A stretch of 62,195 bases of DNA, the filler included, from Chiloscyllium plagiosum (lineage: Eukaryota), in assembly GCF_004010195.1 (NCBI RefSeq). It is 3 parts of one record of this genome, joined end to end, with 100 filler letters (N's around TTAATTAATTAA, not from the genome) between each part and the next. Parts side by side here need not be neighbours in the genome. Positions count along the whole stretch, not along the records: positions 31,977 to 58,858 come from NC_057717.1; positions 58,959 to 62,195 come from NC_057717.1; 1 more part is not named here. One strand, written 5' to 3'. Under the pieces are notes generated by a model that had not been told where the DNA came from, did not search any database, and saw only the letters and a program-made list of their open reading frames with translations. Below, in pieces: positions 49,590-60,919 of the stretch. Every line of letters starts with the position of its first letter. Within the stretch, counting starts at the first letter, position 1. The position numbers and the translations under genes are program-made.

Positions 49590-50420
49590 TTCTGCAGACC
49601 CCGATAGCCGCGCCCTCCTGCACCTTGACCTTCTCAAGATGGCGGTTCTGAGGCCCGCGCTCACTCTTCCCTCAAACACATGGAGGCCGCGATCCTGGGC
49701 CACTTCCCTGATCAGAGACCGCAACCTCCTTTCCCGGGCATCGAGGATCTTTTTAACCTTTTCCGGGATTTGTGAATTCTCTCCGCTCCTTTCATCCAGC
49801 GAGGCTCCCACACACCGGCTCTGAGCGCTGCTCTCTGAAGCCGATCGCAGCCGCTGCCGGAGAAAGCAGCTCCATGTCTCTCTCACTCTCTCTCTCTCTC
49901 TGACATGATCAATGTGACACTGCGCATGCTCTCCATAGAAACCAAACTGCGCATATGTCTGAGGTTATCGGTGAGTTTATAGAGAATATCCATATCCGCA
50001 CAGAATCATGGGTGAAATCTTAGACATTAATAATTGACCTGTCGAGTTACAGTCATAGAGATGTCTACCATGCAAACAGACTGTTCGGTCCAACTCAACC
50101 AGACCGGCCAAGTATGTAAATTACCAAAGGTTCTGGGAGCTTGAAAATAAGTTTCTTACTCGAGTTGTGAAAATCGATTGGAAACATGTACGTTATCAGA
50201 TTTACATCTCAAAAATTTCTCAAAATCTCACATTGATTTATGCTCCACTATGATCAATCCTGCAAAACAATTTGCTTTCTGACCAATCCTGAAGCGTTCA
50301 CTCCCCGAGAATGCGTTGATCCCGCTCCTCCCTCACTCTGGTTGGAGGACCGGCCGCTGCTCGATCCTCCAGTTCCACTCCTTCCTCCCAATTGCAGAGT
50401 TGATTCAAGCGTGACTCACA
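49590..50420 (-). promoter_or_regulatory. CpG-enriched promoter / exon-1 module
   Basis: NRF1 TGCGCATGC (49921), CpG-rich 49590-49870, donor AGA|gtgagc at 49665/49664, YY1 CAAGATGGCGG (49635-49645). 50320-50420 reverse-matches the CCAAT module. Confidence 0.7.
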
Positions 50421-50949
50421 GGTTAAGAGACAAGGAAAGTTAGAGTCGCTGCCTTGTGATGCGGTGAAAATATACCAAATCTTGGACCGAGAGGCCTGGG
50501 TTCAATTCACAGCTTGTGCAAATGTGTGCAATGACAACCTTGAACAGGCTCATTAGGAAAAGCAAGGGAAATCAGGAACAGAGTTAAAACGATAGAAAAT
50601 GCATGGAACGTGGTGGAGCTCTCAATGTCAGATGATTTTAGTCTTTACCAAGTGTTTCAAGGCCCCTGAACAGACGGTTGCACTCCTAGTGCATTACCAG
50701 ATACCACGATTGTGGGGCAAAATTTTGTGGTGGGATATAGAGGTGCTTTTGTGGAAGGCGCTCGATTTTGGAGTTGAAAATACGTGAGAAGGTTTTGTAT
50801 GGAGCTACCTGTTCCCCTCCTGTTTCAGCATCGTAATATTGCCCTAACTCTAGCTCGTACATGTTTGGTAGAGATCAGTAACATTTCATAAGCCCACAAT
50901 ACAAGATCTGTCAATCTGTTTAAGACAGCCGAAATCTCTTGTAGCACTA

Positions 50950-53180
50950 TAGTCACAGAACAATAAGTGCAGAACAGACTCTTCGGTCCTTGATGTTGCG
51001 ACAACCTGTGAACTATTCTCAGCTCATCCCTCTATACTATCCTAAACTCACCCATGTGCTTAACTAAAGGATTGTTTAAATATACTTAATTTGGCTGAGT
51101 TAACTACATTGGTAGGTAGTGCATTCCACACCCTCACCTCTCTCTGACAAAATAACCTGTCTCTGACATCTGTCTTAAATCTATCACCCCTCAATTTGTA
51201 GTTATGACCCCGGAGTGAGCGTGAGGGGGTCAGGCTGAGAGTGATAGAGTGAGTGTGAGTGAGTCAGGGAGACGGTGATGGAGTGAGTGTGAGACGGTTA
51301 GTGTGACGGTGATGATGTGAGTGTGAGTGGGTCGGCGTGACGGTGATGGAGTGGGTGTGACGGGGGTCACTGTGACGGTGATGGAACGAGTGTGAGTTGA
51401 TCAGTGTGACGGTGATGTCGTGAGTGTGAGGGGGTCGTAAGCCCTCAATACAAGTTCCGTCGCTCTGTGTAGCACTGTAATTATAGAACAATACAGCGCA
51501 GAAAAGGCCCTTCAGTCCTTGATGTTGCACCGACCAGTGAACTATTCTCTGCTTTTCCCCCGATGCTATCCCAAAATCACCCATGTGCTTATCTAAATGT
51601 GTGTTTAAATCTCCCTGATGTGGCTGCGTTAACTACAAAAGTAAGTAGTGTATTCCACACCCTACCCACTCTCTGAGTCAAGAACCTGCCTCTGACATCT
51701 GTCTTATATCTATCACCCCTCTATTTGTCGTTATGCCCCCTAGTGCACACTGATGTCACCATCCTCGGAAAAAAACTTTCTCTGTCTACCCTATCTAAGT
51801 CTCTGATCATCTTGTATGTCTCCATCAAATCCCGTCTTAGCCTTCTTGCCAATGAGAACAGGTTCAATCTCTCAACCTTTCCTCATAAGGCCTTCACTCG
51901 AGGCAGGAAACATCCTGATAAGTCTCCTCTGCACCTTTTCCAACGCTTCCACATCCTTCCCGAAATATGGGCACCAGAACTGCACACAATATTCCAAATA
52001 TGGCCATACCAGCGTTTTGTGTAGTGGCAGCCTGATATTGCAACTCCGGAACTCAATCCCTCTACAAATGAAACCTAACACACTATAGGTCGCCTTAACA
52101 GTATTTTCCAACTGGGAGGCAACTTTCAGGCATCTACGTACATGGACTCCGAAATCCCTCTGCTCATCCACACTACCTAGAATCCTTCCATTGACCCAGT
52201 ACTCTGCCTTTCTGTTATTCTTCCTAAAGTGCATGACCATACATTTAGATGCATTGAACTCCATTTGCCACGTCTCATCCCAATTCTGCAGTTTATCCAA
52301 GTCCCCCTGCAACCTGTAACATTCTTCTACTCTGTCCACTACACCACCGACTTTAGAGTCGTCTGCAAATTTACTAATCCATCCATATATGCCTGCGTCT
52401 AAGTAATGTACAAAAATGACAAACTGCTGTAGTTGCAAAACAGATCCTTGTGGCACACCACTAGTAACCGGACTCTAGACTGGATATTTTCCATCAACCA
52501 CCACTCGCTGCCTTCCTTCAGAAAGCCAGTTTCTAATCCAACCTCCTGAATCACCCTCAATTCAATTTCTCTGCATTTTCTCCAACAGCCTACCATGTGG
52601 AACCTTATCAAAGGCTTTATTGAAGTCTATGTAGACCAGGTCAACTGCCCTACCCTCATATACATGCTTGGTCGCATTCTCAAAAAATCAATTAAGTTTG
52701 TGAGACACTACCTGCCCTTGATGAAGCCATGTTGACGATGTGATATCAAATAGGTGTTTGCTCGATGATTATAAATCTTATCTCTTATAATCCTTTCCAA
52801 ACACATTTCCTGCAACAGAAGTAAGGCTCACTGGTCTATAATTAACTGGGTCATCTTGATCAAGGACACATTTGCAATCCTGCAGTCCTCTGGTACCAAA
52901 CCTGTAGATAATGACGACTCAAATATCAAAGCCAAAGGCTTTACTAGCTCCTCCCTAGCTTCCCAAAGAATCCTTAGATAAATCCCATTCAGTCCAGGGG
53001 ACTTGTCTATTTGCCTCATACCTACAGTCAATGTTCTGACCAATGAAGGCAACCATGCCAAATTACTTCTTCACCCCTATTTCTGCCTGAAACTCCACTT
53101 TCAAGGAACTATATACCTGCATTCCGAGATGTCTTTCTTTTTTCAGCAACACTCCCCAGGGCCCTACCATTAACTGTACG
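50950..53180 (-). mobile_element. CR1 LINE with duplicated 3' end
   Basis: ORF 51872-52456(-): PQGSVLQLQQF...SKFADDSKVGG...WQMEFNASKCMVMHF...LEYCVQFWCP. Confidence 0.93.
51213..51438. repeat. Degenerate ~33-35-bp GT-rich minisatellite
   Basis: Core gtgacggtgatg-(g)agtgagtgtgag is repeated about 6 times. Confidence 0.85.
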
Positions 53181-53718
53181 AGATAGTAACTGGATGGAGA
53201 ACTTTAAAACCAGATTTCATTGAGAAATTTTAAAATTAAGGTGCATAAACTGCATGCAGCGAGAAATATTTTCACTTGTGAGGCTGACCTGAACATTAAT
53301 GAAGTTAACATTAATGAATCAAATCAGAAATTCAAAACAAAACATTCTCCCTTGACAAAGGTGACAACATGGAACAACATGACATCTAGTACCAGGAACG
53401 CTTAAGTTGAATATCATGAATATGTTTAAAGGGAAATTGAATAAGTACCTCAGGGAGAAACATACAGAAGGATACACTGATGGGATGAGAAAAAGTGGTA
53501 GTATACTCCTATGGAGACTAAATATCTTAACTCGCCTGTTGGGCCAAAAGACACGTTTCTCTGCTGTAAAGTCTCTGTAAGTTTCCTTATCTCCTTAAGT
53601 AAAAATCATTTAGTCACCCACTAATTTGGAAAAAAGGGGTCCCACTAGGGTATAAAAGTGAAATACAAGAGACATCCCTTCATAAGGTCATACAATTAAC
53701 ATCCATTACTGAAGGTAT

Positions 53719-54918
53719 CTCTGCAGAGAGAGCAGTTTAATCTTTGGCTTCTCAGTAGCAGCAGAGTACAGAGTTTTAATCTGCGCTTTTTTTAACTTGA
53801 GCTGGCAACATCAAGATCTTACTGAGTTCAGCTTGGGTTCCCTTAATAACCCCATCATACGACTGAAAGCAACATGGTGAGAAGATGACATTAAACTTTG
53901 GGATGTAAAGAAGTACGCATGACACTACTTTGCAAACTGCACTTGACAAACCACAAATACTTTTCTGAATGAACAAATCTAATTTTAGTGATCTGTAAAA
54001 TCTGTTAACCACAAAATTAAGAAAGATTAACAGGGATAACAAAAAAACACAGTAGGTTGAATGTCATCAAAAACAAGTTTATTTATTCCAGATTTTCCTC
54101 TCAAACCCTTGCACACACCATTCAACATCACAGCAATTCATATATGCAGCATTTAACAAGAAAGAGGCCCCAAAGCTGTTTTATTAAAGAATAATGAGAC
54201 ATTGGTCAGGAAGAAGGAAGTATAAGATCAGAATATACAAGACCCCATTGGAAAAAGGAAGCTCTTGAAAGTAGGAAGACAGGACGCTATGTAGAGGAAT
54301 TTGAGGAATTCGGTTTGAATGAACGTTAGGCAGAATATATAAACTCTTATTCGTGGCAGAGAGGAAGAAACAGAAAAAGGAAACCTGCTCGATCACTTTT
54401 CCATAAGATGTCAAGAACAAAACTTCATAGACTCCAACAATTTTTAATTAAAGGAGATGGATTCTGATTTGGTTTTCGGAACGCAGTATGTGAAATGTTC
54501 TGAACTGCAATCTCTTCAAGACCACATGTTCCATACATCCCCAGCTGAAATCTGCAGCGTCGTGGTGGGTTCAATCTCACCTCTAGTTGTGTAATGAGGC
54601 TGGCCTCCTGTGCTTTTAATCGCTCCTTTTGACGTTTCTTTAGATTAGATTAGATTAGATTAGATTGCTTACAGTGTGAAACAGGCCCTTCGGCCCAACA
54701 AGTCCACACCGACCCGCCGACGCGTAACCCACCCAGACCCATTCCCCTACATTTATCCCTTCACCTAACACTACGGGCAATTTACCATGGCCAATTCACC
54801 TAACCTGCACATTTCTTCTGTTCTTTCTTCAGCTTGTCCACAATGGTCTAGTGCTTTTTAAGTTCGCCCCTGAGTGCACAGATCCTGATCTCAATATCAC
54901 TCTGGATTTACGTAGTTT
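53719..54918 (-). pseudogene. CEP350: Unprocessed CEP350 (centrosomal protein 350) pseudogene fragment, two exons
   Basis: Exon 54918-54581 (SINE removed): TT*IQSDIEIRICALRGELKKH*TIVDKLKKEQKKRQKERLKAQEASLITQLE. Exon 53862-53719: SYDGVIKGTQAELSK, frameshift, AQIKTLYSAATEKPKIKLLSLQR. These match CEP350 as recalled (QSDIEGRIRALKDEL...LKKEQKKRQKERLKAQEASLIKQLESYDEFIKKTEAELS...PQIKTLSSASEKPKIKP). Canonical gtgag...ttcag intron. Confidence 0.88.
54641..54811 (-). mobile_element. 5'-truncated HE1-type SINE inserted in the CEP350 exon
   Basis: (tagat)5 tail; TSD tttctt at 54635-54640 and 54812-54817. Confidence 0.93.
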
Positions 54919-56695
54919 CTGTAGAAGATCCATCCAGTGGATGTTAACAGGTTTCATTAAAAACAAACTGAATATGGACACTACATTAGTGTATAAGAGA
55001 TATATGCAAATCTGCATAACACTTGGTCACACTTCTTACACCCCGTTCAACAACTTTAATCAAACCTGAGATGCCACTGACAAAGCCCTCGCGCAATGAA
55101 CACACTGACCTCTTGGCAGCCACGGTGTCGCCATACACATCTAGGAATCAGACCTGCAGTAGCACCATACACACCTGCCGATCACACAGTCGAACTATCT
55201 GGGCAGTCAGCATCGGTAACCATGGTGCAATTACGGTCAGAAACATATTGAGGAAAAAAGCCAAAATAAGAAGGTAGAGACTAAAACCTTGCAAAAGATA
55301 TGCACTTGAAGGACAGGAGAGGAATGGGGTTTGGAAAGGAATTCTCCAATGAGGCTACTATACATGGCCAGGATTTGGTTAACTCTGGAAGGGGTGTACA
55401 AGTCAGGGACCTTAAAACCACAAGAGGTTGGAGGACGATGTTAGACTAAAAGTCATAAAGTAAGGCAGGTATTCATCATGAAAGACTCTCAAAAATGTGA
55501 CAATTAGATTGGAGAAGTTAGAAGTTTAGGAGGCAAAAGTCATTAAGGCCAGACTGATAGTTTTCACAATAAGAGCTCTTTCCAGAATACAGGCAGTAGA
55601 CTTTTGGAAGTGCTCACATTTATGAAGTATAAGGAGAAACACATGACCAAAGGAGGATGGAGTTATCAAGTCTGGTGAGAGTTATGGATGATGAGGCAGG
55701 ATTCATGTACCTTTACAGAGACAGATTCGTGGTCAGTAAATGCTGTGTTCACTCGAGGCTGGAATATGCTGCTGAGATATAAAGGAATTGGACCAGTTGA
55801 GAATAGTAAATGGGAGGCTGGAGAGTGATACAGCTGGAGTGTCAGAAATAGTATGAGTTGATTTTTCTTTGTTNNNNNNNNNNNNNNNNNNNNNNNNNNN
55901 NNNNNNNNNNNNNNNNNNNNNNNNNNNNNNNNNNNNNNNNNNNNNNNNNNNNNNNNNNNNNNNNNNNNNNNNNNNNNNNNNNNNNNNNNNNNNNNNNNNN
56001 NNNNNNNNNNNNNNNNNNNNNNNNNNNNNNNNNNNNNNNNNNNNNNNNNNNNNNNNNNNNNNNNNNNNNNNNNNNNNNNNNNNNNNNNNNNNNNNNNNNN
56101 NNNNNNNNNNNNNNNNNNNNNNNNNNNNNNNNNNNNNNNNNNNNNNNNNNNNNNNNNNNNNNNNNNNNNNNNNNNNNNNNNNNNNNNNNNNNNNNNNNNN
56201 NNNNNNNNNNNNNNNNNNNNNNNNNNNNNNNNNNNNNNNNNNNNNNNNNNNNNNNNNNNNNNNNNNNNNNNNNNNNNNNNNNNNNNNNNNNNNNNNNNNN
56301 NNNNNNNNNNNNNNNNNNNNNNNNNNNNNNNNNNNNNNNNNNNNNNNNNNNNNNNNNNNNNNNNNNNNNNNNNTTGGGTGTTATATCACCTCGGGTGGGT
56401 GATGTAGGTACGAGAACTTACGCTTGAGCCCTGGAGTTTTGCATCCAGTTGCATTTTTGACTCAGAAGGTATAATTTTGATGAGATCGAGTTCAGATCAA
56501 GGTGCCGAAGCTTCAAAACATACACCAGCCACTTCTTGTAGGACTGAGAAATGGATTCCCTAACTTCAAATGATGCTGATCCTGTTAATGTGGATTTTGC
56601 CAAGTGCACGTCCTGTGCGGATTAACCTGAATGCCTTAATCTGTTCAAAATTTGTTTTTTTTTTCTCATTCTGTGATCTGCATGCCCTTGATTGC

Positions 56696-56955
56696 TATGA
56701 TCTGCCTTTACCAATCGCAAACAAAAGTTTTCACTGTACTCAGGTTCATGTGACAATCAATCAATCAATTAAAGTCAATCAATCGAACCACACAGACATT
56801 TCCTTATTGCTTGGTGCCAGCACAGTATGATCTGCCTTTACCAATCGCAAACAAAAGTTTTCACTGTACTCAGGTTCATGTGACAATCAATCAATCAATG
56901 AAAGTCAATCAATCGAACCACACAGACATTTCCTTATTGCTTGGTGCCAGCACAG
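56696..56955. repeat. Near-perfect tandem duplication, 2 x 130 bp, including a LINE-like 3' tail
   Basis: tatgatctgcctttacc...ggtgccagcacag at 56696 and 56826, with one visible mismatch; contains a (caat)n tail. Confidence 0.95.
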
Positions 56956-58902
56956 CCAAGGTGGGCTGCATGGCCTCACTTTGCACTGTGACATATTTTG
57001 TGATTCTGAGTGAGATCACAGTTAAATGAACAGAATGTGGGTGGTTTCTCACAGGTTATATTGACACAGCCAGGACACATCTGCGCCACAGTGTGTCACA
57101 CAATAATAGTGAAAACCTTCTTGAAATCATCCTTTGAGGCATATGCCACACGCCAGATTAAAAGCTGAAGATCGCGGGAAACTGCTGTAGTCAGCGCTAA
57201 CAGAGCGACCCAGCGGGAGCGTACTGGGCTCATCACCTGGAAATTAATGGATTGAAAACATCCTCTGCTCGTTGACAATTCCAGGTGTCAGTGTGTGTAC
57301 TGCCGCACCAGTGTTCCTCTGTAACAGAGCTCAATTCTACATATTGCATGTTGTTTCACTTTCCATTTCCTTTCACTCAATGTGTCTAAAATGAATATCA
57401 CTACTGATACACCCGCCAAATTTACACAGGTGAGGAATCCCTGTTCTCTCTCCGTCTGCTCTGATCTGATTCGAAAATCATTTGCCAGAGCTGGGAATAA
57501 ACTGGTGATGGTGAGATATATCAGTTGTAGAGTGCTCTATGTGCATGACGCCCTGCAGGTATTCCGCACGCTGTTTCTCACAGCAGTGTTTTCCCATGAA
57601 ATGAAAAGCCTTGAGTGACAATTAGATCAATTTGTTGGAGACAGCATTACGATACAGACACAGCTCCGCTTTATTAGGATATATATCACCAACTATGAAT
57701 AACCACAGAGATATACAAGCGACAGAGAATCGCCAGGGACTCAATGGGCTGAAAAGCTTCTGTCGGCATGTGAGTGACGCCACACGTTGATGCTGCCACT
57801 CTTCCTGTCTCTGGGACAGTGTGGCTGATGCAGAGACAATGTCTCATTGGTAACCCAATCTTCTGCGTTAGACTGTCTGCGGCCCCGCAGCTGAGGGCGA
57901 TGGGAATGATTCTCAGTGAGTGAGGGTTTCACTCGGATTGTCATCATCTGGGACAGTTAGGGCTCAGCTGTTAACTGCTGCCCGACTGCAGCAAAGAATC
58001 CGATGTCACTGTTACAAAAGCCTTTCTGCAGGGTTGCTGTGTGAAGATGGATTCTGAACACCCAACAGACTACACAAGGATTTCCCACATAAATTTACCT
58101 GAGGTTAGAGAATCCGCAGTACATTTCTGTCTTTCCCATCAGCTCAACATCTTTATCGCTGTCTCAGATACATGATATTTGGAGGAAGTTCCCAATCAAA
58201 CTTGATGATTTCCAGCACTTGATGGAACTGGCTGTGCCGATGAGAGCGAGCTTTAGAGCATATCCGCGCTTGCCTCTCCTCACACTGCGTGCAGGTGGAG
58301 GGAAATAGCTGAATACTCTGCCGATGGAGGCAACTTAGTCCAAGCGGAAGGAATAAACAGCACTGTCCCGCGAGCAAGAAGACGGGATGAGAAGGCGATA
58401 TTCTTGAGACACGTTGGTGCGTAGAAATTCGAGAGTACAGTGGGATGTAGTTGTACCTGAGCGACGAATCCCTGCTGGTTTGGTGTTGGAAATGTAAGAG
58501 CGCGCGGGGCATGATTTTCGCTTAGTAGCTTGTGTAAATAATGGCATGTGAGAATGCCTGACTTCAAGTCGCCATCGAACCTTGGTTGTTTGATTTCACT
58601 TTTGCCCATTCGTCCTACCAACTATTTGATTAAAAAGATGTAAATCATTAAGTTGCACCCCTTGAAATACCGTTGAGTTTTGGGGTCAGAAGTGTCATCG
58701 TAGTGGGCATGGCACAGTACCACGTGTGGTGAAAGTGAAACAAGTGTTTTAGGATGTTCACCCACACAATCCCACTCTGAATAAATCCAACTCTGGATGG
58801 TTGCAAAGTTCTTGGTGTGAAACTTTAGGAAGTGGGGACGTGAAATGATTGGAAACAGNNNNNNNNNNNNNNNNNNNNNNNNNNNNNNNNNNNNNNNNNN
58901 NN

Positions 58903-58914
58903 TTAATTAATTAA
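58903..58914. other. Artificial assembly spacer TTAATTAATTAA
   Basis: Centred in the N-run 58859-58958. Confidence 0.9.
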
Positions 58915-60044
58915 NNNNNNNNNNNNNNNNNNNNNNNNNNNNNNNNNNNNNNNNNNNNCCCCCCCCACACACACACATACACACATACTAATAACATTGC
59001 ATGGATACGACACTGTGGACTGACTCCCTCCAGACACCTCACCATATCTCCCCCCATCTACACCAGCACTAACAGCAGAGGTACCCACTCTCACCCTCCC
59101 TCCCTCCGTCCCTCCCTTTCTCCCATTCCAGGAGATAAAGCTTGTAATAGGACAGTAAGGGTCAAGCCGAGTGATGGAGTGCCCGATATTCCTTCCCTCA
59201 CATCCCCCCTCCCCCTGCCATGTTGGGAAGAGACTGGTACGAGCCGGAGAGGACTGGGATGCCTCGTGTGGAGATTCTGAAACATCCACGTCCTAAAAAC
59301 CGAGTAAGGAGCAATTTTCAGTGAAGGGCAATTCTCACTTTAAACCTAATGGCACCTCCGTTTCCCCCCGTCACAATTGAGAAGTCGTGACCCTGATGCC
59401 ATCTCCCTTTTGTGTTGAGCTGGTACAAATGGAATCCCCAAGGTCTCGGTGGGCCGGAGGGTGGACTCACATCACATCGTCTCCATCACATCCCAGGAAG
59501 GGAGCACGTAGACTCCCTGCTATACCCCCCCGCAAACAGCTGAGATACTGAAACTAATCTGTGAGATTTCCTGCTTTCCCCACTTGTCCTGACATCTTCA
59601 ATAACCTGTTCTCATATACACCCTGGGCCTTTGTTCCTGCACCTCCTTTATAACGGTACAAACGGTTTTATATTGTCTTTCAATGTCCTTCCTACTCAAG
59701 AGCATCACCTCACACTGCGCTGCATTGATCCTCATCTGCCATACACCTGAACACTGCACCAACATATAACTTTCCTGTTGGAATTCCACACCGTCCTCAA
59801 ACATTTTACAATTCTTTCAGGTTTGGTATCTGCAAATATTGAAATTGTCCTACAGTCACACTCCACTCAAAAATACTGACACACACCAAACAGAGCGAGT
59901 GAAATATTGACACACTCTCCAGGTCTGTATTACTGTCAATGTATAGTGAGTACTCCTATGTGTCTGTATTCGTGTGTGTATCTGTGTGGGGCGGGTCTGG
60001 CAGTCTCTGCGATGTTTAAAGTGATTTAATATCCCCCGATATGA

Positions 60045-60125
60045 GTTCTGATAAGGATCACTCAATCCAAAACGTCAACTTTTATTTTTGTCCAAAGATG
60101 CTTCCAGAGCTGCTGAGATTTCTCT
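60045..60125 (+). mobile_element. Penelope terminal-repeat remnant
   Basis: ttctgataaggatcactcaatccaaaacgtcaac...agatgcttccagagctgctgag, a degenerate CTGA..GAAACGTC motif. Confidence 0.6.
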
Positions 60126-60279
60126 TGTTTCAATCTCTGTTGACCCCCACCCAGATCCTCCACCCCCACGCCACTGTAATCGTGGTGCTGAAGTGTGTAA
60201 ACGATCAGGGATTCAGTCTGGGAGGGAGAGAGGGAGGGCAGCAGCTCGCAGCACAATACAACCTGAATTTTGATTGCAC

Positions 60280-60310
<31 letters not shown>

Positions 60311-60919
60311 NNNNNNNNNNNNNNNNNNNNNNNNNNNNNNNNNNNNNNNNNNNNNNNNNNNNNNNNNNNNNNNCTTAGGCCCTCAGAGTGGAACATGTTC
60401 ATGTGGAGAAATGTCTGTGCTCCGTCTGCAATGTGGAAATGGTTTGTCACTGGGTAGTATTTCCAATACAGTGGTACACGTTAAGCATATTTCGATTGCA
60501 ATTATATACAAGCAATTCCGAGTGAGCCACTTTCCATGGCGATGAGATTAATTTTAATGCACTTCCTGTAATTTGGAATTTTTAATGTTTTACTCTTACA
60601 AGTAACCTTATATGTGAGAATGGATTGAAAAGACCTAAACCAGACCAGTGTGGGCTTGTATCACTTTAAAGAAAAGAGGGAAAGGGAGAGGAAGGGAAAA
60701 TGGTTTTGACCCCGTTTCAGTGATTCACACCAAAAACGCCAAGAGTTCCCATTGCACAGAGATGCAGAGACAGAGATCCACACACTAATGCAGGAACACC
60801 TGTAACAAGCACAGAGAGATAGACATGCAAACAGAGGTTAACAGAGACATATATAGACAAATAGGAATAGACAAACACGAACAGAAATATGCAGATACAT
60901 ACTTGGACACACGAACACG

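Noticed and set aside
49560..49886. 108-aa Arg-rich ORF as a protein-coding gene
   Set aside because: It is GC-rich promoter/exon-1 sequence with a non-ATG start, runs through the putative donor and has no recognisable domain.
53776..53862. Terminal exon of an SSNA1-like small coiled-coil gene
   Set aside because: CEP350 similarity continues past the stop in a shifted frame and the upstream exon matches CEP350, so the stop is a frameshift product.
15932..56427. Long ORFs of 170-300 aa (e.g. 15932-16690, 22368-23252, 32622-33524, 39798-40583, 55858-56427)
   Set aside because: Their length comes from runs of N translated as X.
57055..57117. Ig-like VILTQP start and RSS-like CACAGTG...GTGAAAACC
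   Set aside because: No V-domain Cys/Trp framework follows, the spacer is 15 nt rather than 12 or 23, and the nonamer is poor.
58903..58914. TTAATTAATTAA as a biological palindrome
   Set aside because: It is centred in a fixed-length N gap twice, so it is an assembly linker.
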